This document shows, piece after piece, positions 8,078 to 17,232 of a DNA stretch of 64,000 nt. The position numbers and the translations under genes are program-made. The notes beneath the pieces are model-generated. The model made no database searches, had not been told where the DNA came from, and saw only the letters and a program-made list of their open reading frames with translations. Position 1 is the stretch's first letter, and each line of letters starts with the position of its first letter. The stretch comes from Methanomassiliicoccaceae archaeon. GTDB lineage: Archaea > Thermoplasmatota > Thermoplasmata > Methanomassiliicoccales > Methanomassiliicoccaceae. The DNA is taken from the NCBI GenBank assembly GCA_040776945.1, contig JAXGZN010000001.1:480001-544000 (forward strand), read 5' to 3'.

Positions 8078-9105
8078 TCCTCCGGATACTCCAAGATGAC
8101 CTGGATCGCGTCACCGGCGTTCTCATCGAGCAGCCTATAGGCCGAAGGGGCTTTCCCGAACGGCATTCGGTGAGTGATGAGCCTTGACGGCCTGAGGCGG
8201 GCGACGGTCCGCCAGGCCTCCTCAAGCCTGCGCTCCTTGGTCCACCGGGGGGACAACGGACCTCCGACAGTGCTCACCTGGCTGCTTATGATCCTAAGCC
8301 GCCGGCGGTGGAAGTCCTCTCCCAGCGGGCAACGGGGCGCATGGTTGCCGTACCATGAGCCCACGATTATCCGCCCTTCCACGCCGCACAGGCGGGTCGC
8401 CAGCTCCAAGGCATCAGGGTTTCCGGTCAGCTCGATCACCAGGTCCGCTGGCCTGCTCTCCAGACCGGCCGTTTCCATCAGACCGGATGGCCCCTGGCGG
8501 GGATCGAGGCTCGCGTCCGCGCCCATGGCCAAGCTCCTTTCCCTTCGCAGCGGCATAAGGTCCATGGTTACCAGTTGAGAGAGCGGAAGTAGCGCGAGCA
8601 CTGCCGTTGTCAGCAGACCTATCGTTCCCTGTCCCATCACGATCGCCCTCTCGCCTACCAGAGGAGCGGCGTCCATGACCAGTGACAGGGCCGTCTCGGT
8701 CGCCGGCAGCATGACCGCGTCCTCAACGCTGATGCCTGAAGGCACTGGAACGAGCTCGCTCAGAGGGGCGTTGAACAGGCTCTCATGGCTGTGGAAGCTG
8801 AACACGGTGCGTCCCTCCCAGCCGGTCGGAGCGCCATCGCCGAGTGGCTCAACGGTCCCCACGGTAGCGTACCCGTACTTGAACGGTCGGCGCAGGCCCT
8901 CCCGAAGCGTCGGGATGGTTGTGTCAAGGGGCGTCCCCTCGTTGACATGGCCGCGGTAGAACAACATCTCCGTGCCGGCACTGATGGCCGATATTAGGCT
9001 ACGCACCCTCACTTCACCTGGCCCGGGGTCCGGTACCTCCTCCCGGCAGAGCGTCACCTCCCGGGGAGCGTTGAAGTAGAGCGACGTCCGCATGTTCCTC
9101 TGCAC
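8074..9105 (-). CDS. Medium-chain (zinc-binding type) dehydrogenase
   Basis: SAISAGTE, GYATVG, Rossmann motif VMGQGTIG, GSWYG, FHRRRLRIISSQV. Confidence 0.88.
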   Translation of the reverse strand: MQRNMRTSLYFNAPREVTLCREEVPDPGPGEVRVRSLISAISAGTEMLFYRGHVNEGTPLDTTIPTLREGLRRPFKYGYATVGTVEPLGDGAPTGWEGRTVFSFHSHESLFNAPLSELVPVPSGISVEDAVMLPATETALSLVMDAAPLVGERAIVMGQGTIGLLTTAVLALLPLSQLVTMDLMPLRRERSLAMGADASLDPRQGPSGLMETAGLESRPADLVIELTGNPDALELATRLCGVEGRIIVGSWYGNHAPRCPLGEDFHRRRLRIISSQVSTVGGPLSPRWTKERRLEEAWRTVARLRPSRLITHRMPFGKAPSAYRLLDENAGDAIQVILEYPED

Positions 9106-9207
9106 GTCCGCTCTATTGGCAGCGGCCTGGTCATGTACCTATCGGGACCCGGCGGACAACATGGCCTGCTCCAACGTTTATTATCTCCCGGGGCCATTCG
9201 ATAGTCC

Positions 9208-9396
9208 ATGGTCACGGAGGATCGGGGCATCAAGGAACGATGCCTTTGGCATGCCGTTGACGGGCGGTGCGCCAATTGCAAGGCCAGGCGCATCCGGAAC
9301 GATGTTATGAAGATGAAGGACTATGAGATATGTGAGAAGGAGCGGGACTACGAGGGGTGCGAGTTCTTTGTCGAGAAACCGATCATCAAGAAGTAG
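9208..9396 (+). CDS. Small Cys-rich hypothetical protein
   Basis: 62 aa with five Cys and host-like codon usage; TATA-like tttattat at about 9177; ends in TAG, in frame with the next gene. Confidence 0.65.
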   Translation: MVTEDRGIKERCLWHAVDGRCANCKARRIRNDVMKMKDYEICEKERDYEGCEFFVEKPIIKK

Positions 9397-9402
9397 GGCG
9401 CC

Positions 9403-9948
9403 ATGAACCGGGACGACATGCTGGACCTGCTGGAGAACCTGCTGCGGGACGATGAAAGGGATGGGGCGCTGGAGGAGCTGGAGCGCCGATCCCGGGACGG
9501 ATGCGCGGATGCGCGGGTGGTGACCTACCTGATACCTGTCCTTCACGTCCAGGACGTGAGGCCTAGGCGCAGGGCGTCCTGGTTGATGGCCAAGATGGCG
9601 CAGAACAAGACGGCCACCTTCTGGCCACTAGAAGAGCTGAACGGCCTGCTCCACGATGAGGATGCAGAGGTCCGAGAGAACGCCGCGTGGGCCATTGGGG
9701 AACTGACCAGCATGAGGGTCGGAGGGCTCGGCAGCATCGAACGCCTCAACCGCCTGCTCAGCGACCCGACGCCGAGCGTCAGGGGAATGGCCGCATGGGC
9801 CCTGGGCCGACTGGCGGAGCGGATGGGCATGGGCTTCCAATCGTCAATGGCACCGCTGAGGAGGCTCCTGGACGATCGCTACGATGGCGTGCGGAGGAAC
9901 GCCCAGTACGCCCTGGACCGGCTAAAGGCGGCGGGCGTCGACGAATGA
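9403..9948 (+). CDS. HEAT/PBS-lyase repeat protein
   Basis: Repeats LLHDEDAEVRENAAWAIG, LLSDPTPSVRGMAAWALG, LLDDRYDGVRRNAQYALD. Confidence 0.9.
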   Translation: MNRDDMLDLLENLLRDDERDGALEELERRSRDGCADARVVTYLIPVLHVQDVRPRRRASWLMAKMAQNKTATFWPLEELNGLLHDEDAEVRENAAWAIGELTSMRVGGLGSIERLNRLLSDPTPSVRGMAAWALGRLAERMGMGFQSSMAPLRRLLDDRYDGVRRNAQYALDRLKAAGVDE

Positions 9949-10025
9949 GCGCTTCCGCATTCCTACCGCTCCGATGGTCAAGTTCATTAGCGGAACTCTC
10001 ATAGGGCTCTCCGAGGTGTCAGCAC

Positions 10026-10904
10026 TTGAGCGCTCGCGAGGTCACCATCGGGCTCGTCCAGATGAGAATGGTGCAGGAGCCGGAGACCAATCTCCGGAAG
10101 GCAATGAGGATGATCGGAGAGGCTGCCGGAAAAGGTGCCCAGATAGTATGTCTGCCCGAGCTGTTCGTCACCCCTTACTTTCCGCAGTACGACACCGGCG
10201 CCGACCGCAGGCGAGAGAGCGTCTATAACGAGAGCATCCCCGGGCCGACCGCTGAGGCGCTGTCAGCCGCGGCCCGCGATGCGGAGGTGGTCCTCATCGG
10301 CGGCTCGCTGTACGAGCGCTCGGGGACGAGCCTCTTCAACACCACGCCGGTGTTCGACGAAGAGGGGACAATGCTGGGGATCTACCGCAAGACGCACATC
10401 CCTCATGACGAGGACTTCTACGAGCAGAGCTATTTCGACCGGGGCGATACCGGTTTCCAGGTCTTCAAGACCTCCAGAGGGCGCATCGCCCCTCTCATCT
10501 GCTATGACCAGTGGTATCCGGAGGCGGCAAGGTGCGCCGCACTGCAGGGAGCGGACATGGCATTCTATCCCACGGCCATCGGCACGGTGGAGGGTATCGA
10601 GCAGACGGAGGGGGATTGGCAGCAGGCCTGGGAGAACGTCATGCGGGGCCACGCCATCGCCAACGGAATGGTGGTGGCGGCGTGCAACCGAGCGGGCGCC
10701 GAGGACCTTATGGAGTTCTGGGGCGGCAGCTTCGTCATCGACGCTTTCGGGCGGACGCTCGCCCGCGGCTCCCGAGAGGAGGAGATCGTCCTTGCTACAG
10801 TCGACATGGAGCATGGGGAGAAGGTCCGCGAAGGCTGGAGGTTCTTCCACAACCGCCGGCCGGAATGCTATGGCAAGATAGTGGTGAATGATCGGAGAGA
10901 TTGA
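10026..10904 (+). CDS. aguB: N-carbamoylputrescine amidohydrolase (carbon-nitrogen hydrolase)
   Basis: Catalytic E-K-C motifs LPELF, YRKTHIP, ICYDQWYPE; YPTAIG; linked to agmatine deiminase; TTG start with GAGGTG SD. Confidence 0.9.
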   Translation: MSAREVTIGLVQMRMVQEPETNLRKAMRMIGEAAGKGAQIVCLPELFVTPYFPQYDTGADRRRESVYNESIPGPTAEALSAAARDAEVVLIGGSLYERSGTSLFNTTPVFDEEGTMLGIYRKTHIPHDEDFYEQSYFDRGDTGFQVFKTSRGRIAPLICYDQWYPEAARCAALQGADMAFYPTAIGTVEGIEQTEGDWQQAWENVMRGHAIANGMVVAACNRAGAEDLMEFWGGSFVIDAFGRTLARGSREEEIVLATVDMEHGEKVREGWRFFHNRRPECYGKIVVNDRRD

Positions 10905-10905
10905 G

Positions 10906-11991
10906 ATGGAGAAGACGACCCCGAGGTCCCTGGAATATTACATGCCCGCGGAGTGGGCGAAGCATGAAGCGACCTGGCTATCGTGGCCGAAGAACCCCCT
11001 GACCTTCCCGGACGGCGTTCTGCCCGGTGTGGAGAAGGTTTACGTGCAGATGATCGCCGCCCTCAGCCCTGGGGAGAAGGTCAAGTTGTTGGTCAACGAT
11101 GAGAACGCCGAGAGGCACGTCCGCCGGCTGCTCCAAGGTTCAGGCGCTGTGATGGAAAACGTCATTTTCATGCACATACTCTCCTCGGACGTTTGGATCA
11201 GAGATTACGGTCCCTCCTTCCTCGTCCACATGGAAAAGGGCTGGCGAGCCGCGGTGAAATGGAGGTTCAATGCATGGGGCGGGAAATACGACGACATAAT
11301 GTACGATGATGTGGCCGGCGAGGACGTCGTTCGGGCTGCCAGGGTGAAGGTATTCCGGCCCGGTATCGTGATGGAGGGCGGCTCCATCGATGTTAACGGC
11401 CGAGGGACGGTCCTGACCACGGAGCAGTGCCTACTGAACCCCAACCGCAACCCCAAGTTGTCCAGGGAGGACATCGAGAGCTATCTGGAGCAGTACCTAA
11501 ACATATCAAAGGTAGTGTGGCTGATCTCTGGTATCGAGGGCGACGATACCGACGGGCACGTCGACGATTTCGCCCGCTTCGTCGGGCCCGAAACAGTGGT
11601 GTGCGCCTACTCCGAGGAGGGGAGCGGCCATAACCCGGAGGTTCTTTCCACCAACCTGAAGATATTGGAGGAGTACCGTGACAACTACGGGCGGCCTTTC
11701 AAGGTCATCAAGCTGCCCATGCCTACGCCCATTCCGTTGCCCGAAGAGGAGCGGGTGCTTCCGGCCAGTTATGCTAACTTCTACATAGGGAACGAGGTCG
11801 TGTTGGTCCCGGTTTTCGATGACCCGATGGACGATGAGGCGGTGCGCATCCTGGCAGAGTGTTTTCCAGAGCGCAGGATGGTGCCAATAATGGCCCGCGA
11901 CCTGGTATACGGTTATGGGGGATTCCACTGCGTGACCCAGCAGGAGCCGGCGCCGACCGAGCGGAAGAAAGCCGCCAAGACCACGGGTTAG
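10906..11991 (+). CDS. aguA: Agmatine deiminase
   Basis: MPAEWAKHEATWLSWP, DVWIRDYGP, FNAWGGKY, EGGSI, DDTDGHVD, ASYANF, GGFHCVTQQ. Confidence 0.96.
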   Translation: MEKTTPRSLEYYMPAEWAKHEATWLSWPKNPLTFPDGVLPGVEKVYVQMIAALSPGEKVKLLVNDENAERHVRRLLQGSGAVMENVIFMHILSSDVWIRDYGPSFLVHMEKGWRAAVKWRFNAWGGKYDDIMYDDVAGEDVVRAARVKVFRPGIVMEGGSIDVNGRGTVLTTEQCLLNPNRNPKLSREDIESYLEQYLNISKVVWLISGIEGDDTDGHVDDFARFVGPETVVCAYSEEGSGHNPEVLSTNLKILEEYRDNYGRPFKVIKLPMPTPIPLPEEERVLPASYANFYIGNEVVLVPVFDDPMDDEAVRILAECFPERRMVPIMARDLVYGYGGFHCVTQQEPAPTERKKAAKTTG

Positions 11992-12001
11992 GGAGCGGAG
12001 C

Positions 12002-12643
12002 ATGAGCTTGGACCTCTCCCTTTACGTGGTCACCGACCAGAAGCTGTCAAGAGGGCTCGGCCATGAGGAGGTTGCTCGGCAAGCGCTCGCGGGCGGAGCG
12101 GACGTGATTCAGCTAAGGGATAAGGACCTGTCGGGAGCGGAGCTGTATCGCCTGGCGTCGAGGATCGGGGAGCTGACGCGAGAAAGTGGTGGGACCTTCA
12201 TCGTCAACGATCGGCTGGACATAGCCCTGGCGGCCGGAGCGGACGGCGTCCATCTGGGACAGGACGACCTGCCGGTGAGGGCCGCCAGGTCCGTGGCTCC
12301 AGGACTGATCATAGGTGCTTCGGTATCATCGGTGCAGGAGGCCATGAGAGCAGAGCGCGATGGTGCCGACTATGTTGCCATCAGTCCGCTCTTCGATACT
12401 GGGTCGAAGGACGATGCGGGCCCAGGTAACGGCCTGGAGGCCTTGAGACAGGTCAAGGGAGCGGTGTCCATACCGGTCATCGGCATAGGGGGCATCGACC
12501 GCTCCAATGTCCTCGATGTCATCGCCGCGGGGGCCGACGGCGTGGCGGTGATCTCCGCGGTCGTCTCCCAGGACGACATTGCCGCCGCCGCGCGCGACCT
12601 TAGGTCCCTAGTAGTGAAGGCCAGAGAACGGAAGGGGGCCTAG
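12002..12643 (+). CDS. thiE: Thiamine-phosphate synthase
   Basis: LYVVTD, IQLRDK, IVNDRLDIA, DGVHLGQDD, IGGI. Confidence 0.96.
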   Translation: MSLDLSLYVVTDQKLSRGLGHEEVARQALAGGADVIQLRDKDLSGAELYRLASRIGELTRESGGTFIVNDRLDIALAAGADGVHLGQDDLPVRAARSVAPGLIIGASVSSVQEAMRAERDGADYVAISPLFDTGSKDDAGPGNGLEALRQVKGAVSIPVIGIGGIDRSNVLDVIAAGADGVAVISAVVSQDDIAAAARDLRSLVVKARERKGA

Positions 12644-12726
12644 AGCGTGCTCTGCTAGATGAGGGTGCATCTGACGCCTGCCTTTGGCCGGTCCCGGCCC
12701 TGAACGCCGATCGCTCTGGACCGCGT

Positions 12727-13644
12727 TCATTCGGGGAACAGGTCGGTGCTGAGATATCTCTCTCCGAAGTCAGGCGCGATGGTCACGACCTTCTTGCCCG
12801 GCCCTAGCTCCATGGCCACCTGCAGGGCGGCATGCACCGCCGCGCCCGAGGATATGCCGGCGAATATGCCTTCCATGGTCGCAAGCTTCCTTGTGGTCTC
12901 CTTCGCATCCTCGTCCTTCACCTTTATCACCCGATCTATGAGCTTAATGTCCAGGACATCGGGCACGAAGCCGGCACAGATCCCTTGGATGGCGTGAGGA
13001 CCAGGGGTTCCGCCTGACAGTACCGCCGAGGATGATGGCTCGACGGCGATTATCCGCGCAAGGCTTCCGGAAGCGCGCAGCCTTCTCCCTATGCCGGTTA
13101 TGGTGCCACCAGTGCCCACTCCGGCGACGAACGCGTCCATGTCCGGCAGGTCCTCAAGCAGCTCCACCGCGGTGGCCTCATAGTGCGCCTGGGGGTTGGC
13201 CGGGTTCTCGAACTGCTGAAGGAGCAGCGAACCGGGCCTCTCGGCGTTCAGGGCCTTGGCACGCTCGACCGCTCCGGTCATTCCCAGCGATCTCGGCGTC
13301 AGAACGAGCTCGGCGCCCATGGCCCGGAGGAGCTTCCTGCGCTCGACGGACATGCTCTCCGGCATGGTCAGGACGAGCCGGTAGCCTTTCACCGCGCACA
13401 CCATCGCCAGGCCGATGCCCGTGTTGCCAGAGGTAGGCTCCACGATGATGTTCCTATCTGGCCCGAGGATGCCTTTCCTCTCGGCGCTCTCTATCATGGC
13501 AAGAGCTATGCGGTCCTTCACCGACCTCATGGGATTGAACGATTCGAGCTTGACATACACTTCCGCCGAGCCCTTGGGAGGCATCCTGTTCAGTCGAACC
13601 GAGGGCGTCCTCCCGATGATCTCGAGAATGTTCGCGTACTTCAC
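12727..13644 (-). CDS. cysK: Cysteine synthase A
   Basis: KLESFNPMRSVKDR (PLP Lys), PTSGNTGIG, QQFENPAN, GVGTGGT, ERYLST. Confidence 0.96.
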   Translation of the reverse strand: MKYANILEIIGRTPSVRLNRMPPKGSAEVYVKLESFNPMRSVKDRIALAMIESAERKGILGPDRNIIVEPTSGNTGIGLAMVCAVKGYRLVLTMPESMSVERRKLLRAMGAELVLTPRSLGMTGAVERAKALNAERPGSLLLQQFENPANPQAHYEATAVELLEDLPDMDAFVAGVGTGGTITGIGRRLRASGSLARIIAVEPSSSAVLSGGTPGPHAIQGICAGFVPDVLDIKLIDRVIKVKDEDAKETTRKLATMEGIFAGISSGAAVHAALQVAMELGPGKKVVTIAPDFGERYLSTDLFPE

Positions 13645-13732
13645 CCTATCACCGTGCGGTCATGACCTGGGAGCCCCTCCGGTTAAACCTTCCTGCTCAA
13701 CGATCGCCGCGGCTAGACCGAAAGGAGGGATC

Positions 13733-14533
13733 TCAGAGCGTCCGGACACGGGCGCTTCTCCTCAGGTCCTCTGGGACCAGGGCGGCGACCTCGTCCATGA
13801 GCATGGACCTGAACGAGTACGGTCCGTAAGCCTTCCCGGCCGCCCTCTCCCCGGCAATTCCAAAGGCCGCCAGGGCCGCCGCCGATGTTGCCACGCGGTC
13901 CCTCGAGGCAGCGGCGAAGGCACCTGCCAGGGAAGAGGCCATGCATCCCGTGCCAGATATGCGGCCCATCATTGCGTGCCCGTTCTCCACTATAACGGTC
14001 CTCTTTCCGTCGGTGACTATGTCGGCTGCGCCGCTCATGACCACTACCGCCCCTGTCACGTCCGCAAGGCCGCGGCAGACCTGGACTGGATCACCGGTCA
14101 TGCCTTCCGAGTCGACGCCCCTCACAACGCCACCGGTGCCGGCAAGGGTTCCGATCTCTCCGGCATTGCCCTTTATTATGTTGATGTTCAGCTGCTGCAG
14201 CATCCGGGAGGCGACCTCGGTACGGTAACGGGTGGCGCCCGCCCCTACAGGGTCCAGGATGATCGGGACACCAAGCTCGTTGGCCTTATGCCCGGCGATG
14301 AACATGGATTCCACCTGCTTCTTCCTCAGCGTGCCGATGTTTAGGACAAGCGCGCCGGCCAGGGAGACCATGTCGGCCACCTCCTCCTTGGCCTCTGCCA
14401 TCACCGGAGCGGCCCCGATGAACAAGGTGATGTTGGCGCAGTCGTTGACCGTTACATAGTTGGTTATATGATGAACAAGCGGCCTCCTCTCTCTGAGGAT
14501 GCGCAGTAGCTCGGATAACGTCCCTGTGTCCAT
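13733..14533 (-). CDS. thiM: Hydroxyethylthiazole kinase
   Basis: [42 protein letters not shown]. Confidence 0.96.
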   Translation of the reverse strand: MDTGTLSELLRILRERRPLVHHITNYVTVNDCANITLFIGAAPVMAEAKEEVADMVSLAGALVLNIGTLRKKQVESMFIAGHKANELGVPIILDPVGAGATRYRTEVASRMLQQLNINIIKGNAGEIGTLAGTGGVVRGVDSEGMTGDPVQVCRGLADVTGAVVVMSGAADIVTDGKRTVIVENGHAMMGRISGTGCMASSLAGAFAAASRDRVATSAAALAAFGIAGERAAGKAYGPYSFRSMLMDEVAALVPEDLRRSARVRTL

Positions 14534-14702
14534 GATCGTCCCTGCTGTTCCACCGCACGCCAAGGGCGGCGGTACGGACTAGATGGCACCCAGATATTTA
14601 TCTCTTGATTCCGAACCACATGGACAGCACGCTCATGGGCGACCGACCAGAGACCACAGTTTCATGAGGAGGAAGGCGTTATCTACTTCCCGGGATGCGG
14701 AC

Positions 14703-14957
14703 ATGAGGAGAAAGAGGCCGCCCATGCATGGCGGGATGACCCGGGACGAGTTCGAGGGGCTCCGGGAGGACATTCAGGCGCTGATCAGCGAGCATCCTCG
14801 CGCCAAGTTCACAATAGTGCTGTTGGACGAGGAAGGGCACCGGACCGAGGACCTGAACAAGGCCGTCAAGTACGGCCTCACGGCATATGAGGACGATAAG
14901 CTGATCCTCGAGGAGCTCGGCAGGGTCGACGATGGCATGATGATAAAGGAGCTTTGA
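14703..14957 (+). CDS. Hypothetical protein (start uncertain)
   Basis: Host-like codon usage and a charged globular sequence (TRDEFEGLREDIQ...). Confidence 0.6.
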   Translation: MRRKRPPMHGGMTRDEFEGLREDIQALISEHPRAKFTIVLLDEEGHRTEDLNKAVKYGLTAYEDDKLILEELGRVDDGMMIKEL

Positions 14958-14999
14958 GCGGGCCTGCCGGAATGAAACGCACATGATCGGAAGTGGCTA

Positions 15000-16040
15000 A
15001 TGGTCGCGATCTCTGGTCGTACGAGGCCGTTCATCTACATTTTCCTCTCGGCCGCTCTCTTCGGCATCAGCCCCCCAGCGTCCAAGGTCCTAGTGGCCGA
15101 CGTCTCCCCTGTTGCCTTGGCCGGCCTGCTGTATATGGGAGCGTTCCTGGGACTGATGGTCATGCGGCTCGTCCAAGGGACAGGGGAAAAGGAGGCCGCC
15201 CTGAAGAGGTCGGAGCTGCCATATCTCGCCGGCTCTATCCTCTCGGGCGGAGTGATCGCCCCCATCCTTCTCATGACCGGCATCGCTTCGGTGACCGGGA
15301 TGGCCTCCTCGCTGCTTCTGAACTTGGAGGGCGTGGCCACCGCCCTCATCGCGTTCCTGATGTTCGGCGAGCCCGTGGGGAAGCGAACATGGACCGCGGT
15401 GGTCCTTATGACCGCAGCGGGCGCGATGTTGACCTTCAACGCGGAGAACGGTGAGGCCTCAGGACTGGGCGTGGCGCTAATAGTATTGGCGATGGCCCTT
15501 TGGGGTCTCGACAACAACCTGACGAGCAGGATCGCGGGCACTGGGGCAAGACGGATCGCCATGCTCAAGGGATTGGTGGCCGGTACGACCTCCTTGTCCA
15601 TCGCGTTACTCCTAGGCCAAGCCCCTCCAGTTAACGCCGAGATGTTGGCCGCTCTTCTCCTGGGCTCGCTTAGCTATGGGGCAAGCTTGGTTCTGTTCAT
15701 ATTTGCCCTTGGAGAGCTAGGTCCGGCCCGCACGGGGGCGTTCTTCGCCTTGGGCCCTTTCATCGGCGCCCTGGTCTCCATCCCTTTGCTGGGCGAGGTC
15801 CCTGGGCTCATGGTCCTCCCGGCCGGGGCGCTTATGGCTCTGGGGACCTATGTCCTCTTGAAAGAGAGGCATGATCATCTTCACTGGCATCCACGCATCG
15901 TGCATGATCACGTCCACGACCACAGCGCCGACCACGCTCACCAGCATATCAACGGCATGATCGGCCCGCATGGGCACGAGCATGTTCACGAGGCGGTCCT
16001 TCATGAGCATGAACATTCTAGGGGAGACCACCACCCTTAA
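15000..16040 (+). CDS. EamA/DMT transporter with His-rich C-terminal tail
   Basis: About 10 TM helices; SAALFG, ASSLLLNLE, WGLDNN motifs; HxH-rich tail. Confidence 0.9.
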   Translation: MVAISGRTRPFIYIFLSAALFGISPPASKVLVADVSPVALAGLLYMGAFLGLMVMRLVQGTGEKEAALKRSELPYLAGSILSGGVIAPILLMTGIASVTGMASSLLLNLEGVATALIAFLMFGEPVGKRTWTAVVLMTAAGAMLTFNAENGEASGLGVALIVLAMALWGLDNNLTSRIAGTGARRIAMLKGLVAGTTSLSIALLLGQAPPVNAEMLAALLLGSLSYGASLVLFIFALGELGPARTGAFFALGPFIGALVSIPLLGEVPGLMVLPAGALMALGTYVLLKERHDHLHWHPRIVHDHVHDHSADHAHQHINGMIGPHGHEHVHEAVLHEHEHSRGDHHP

Positions 16041-16128
16041 GGTCCATGGCCTTTGGAAGCGACTATCTGGATTAGTATCGAGGACCACCTAACTGTTTTA
16101 ACAAAGGTTATTAAGAGGCCGCCAATGA

Positions 16129-17232
16129 TTGCCGTCCCACCCTCACTGGAGCGTGCATAGACTGCCTCACTCAGACTCGGCCCTGGATGCGATGTTCGGT
16201 GTTGACTCGGAGTCCACCAGGCAACAGTCCTCCAAGTTCTACCGGATGCTGCCGTTCCGCCTTCAGATTGAGTGCACCGCGGATTGCTCCGCCGATTGCT
16301 CGTACTGTTACGCTAGGAACGTGCCCTCCGCAGAACCTCTATCGACCAGGGAGATCAAAGGGATCCTCCGGCGGGCGGCCGGCATGGGGTTCAGGCAGAT
16401 CGATTGGATGGGCGGTGATCCCATGGAGCGCCCGGATTGGATCGAGCTCCTGCAGGCCGCAAGGTACAACGGAATGACCAACAACCTTTGGACCTGCGGG
16501 GGACGCCTCAATGACATCGGGCAGGCGAAATGGGCCATCGACCTGACCCGGGACGGGTACATAATGGTGCACCTTGATTCCCTGGACCCTGAGATCCTGA
16601 GGTCGATGAGGTCCTCCTATAACCCTCGGACCACAAGGGACACGCTCAAGGGCATCGAGCTCCTGGAGGACATGGGAAAGCCTCCGCAGGAGATCGGGAA
16701 CTTGTTGATGATGACCGCATCTCAGGACGTCAGCGACGTCAAGGAGACGATGCGCTATCTTTATCAGAGGTACGGGGTGCGTACCTGCCTGATGTCCCTT
16801 AAGCCTGTGGACGATACTGGCAAGCTCTACTCCCTCCTTCCCCGCCCGGCGGACGTTTCTGAGGCATACCTCTACCGGGACAAACTGTTCCTAGGCGGCA
16901 GGGACATGGGCTGCCAGGACTTCCCTCGGGAATACTGCGGCACCACGGTGTTCATCTCCCTGGATGGAAGGGTCTCGTCGTGCTACTCCTTGCGGCGAAA
17001 TCTCGGCTCGTTGCGAGAGGACACTTTCGAGGACATCGTGGCCAAGGCCTCATCCTCATTGTTCTTTACCGGATTCCGGAAATACTCTGATGAGATCGTT
17101 TGCGGCTCATGCGACCCGGAGCTGTGCTGGGGATGCCGCGCCAACGCCTTCTACTTCGGCGGAGGCAGCTATCTAAAGGACCCCATATGCCCAAGGAGCG
17201 CCGAGAGCCGCAAGACCACGCTGCCATACTAG
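16129..17232 (+). CDS. Radical SAM/SPASM domain protein (true start may be ATG 16192)
   Basis: CSADCSYC (CxxxCxxC), MGGDP, and SPASM-like C-terminus (YCGT...SSC...CGSC...CWGCR...DPIC). Confidence 0.9.
   Translation: MPSHPHWSVHRLPHSDSALDAMFGVDSESTRQQSSKFYRMLPFRLQIECTADCSADCSYCYARNVPSAEPLSTREIKGILRRAAGMGFRQIDWMGGDPMERPDWIELLQAARYNGMTNNLWTCGGRLNDIGQAKWAIDLTRDGYIMVHLDSLDPEILRSMRSSYNPRTTRDTLKGIELLEDMGKPPQEIGNLLMMTASQDVSDVKETMRYLYQRYGVRTCLMSLKPVDDTGKLYSLLPRPADVSEAYLYRDKLFLGGRDMGCQDFPREYCGTTVFISLDGRVSSCYSLRRNLGSLREDTFEDIVAKASSSLFFTGFRKYSDEIVCGSCDPELCWGCRANAFYFGGGSYLKDPICPRSAESRKTTLPY

Noticed and set aside
3417-9948. tRNA-anchored genomic island downstream of tRNA-Val
   Set aside because: No integrase or transposase. 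I found no duplicated tRNA 3' end beyond a chance 9-nt match (gctgagccc near 8051), and codon usage looks host-like.
14534-14700. TPP riboswitch upstream of thiM (also checked before thiE and the MTH1187 gene)
   Set aside because: A hairpin is present, but the conserved CUGAGA and ACCUGAUC...AGGGA elements are not.
16125-16160. 11-codon ORF before the radical SAM gene as a RiPP precursor
   Set aside because: It starts too close to the TATA-like element to be transcribed, has no precursor-like features and is in a different frame.
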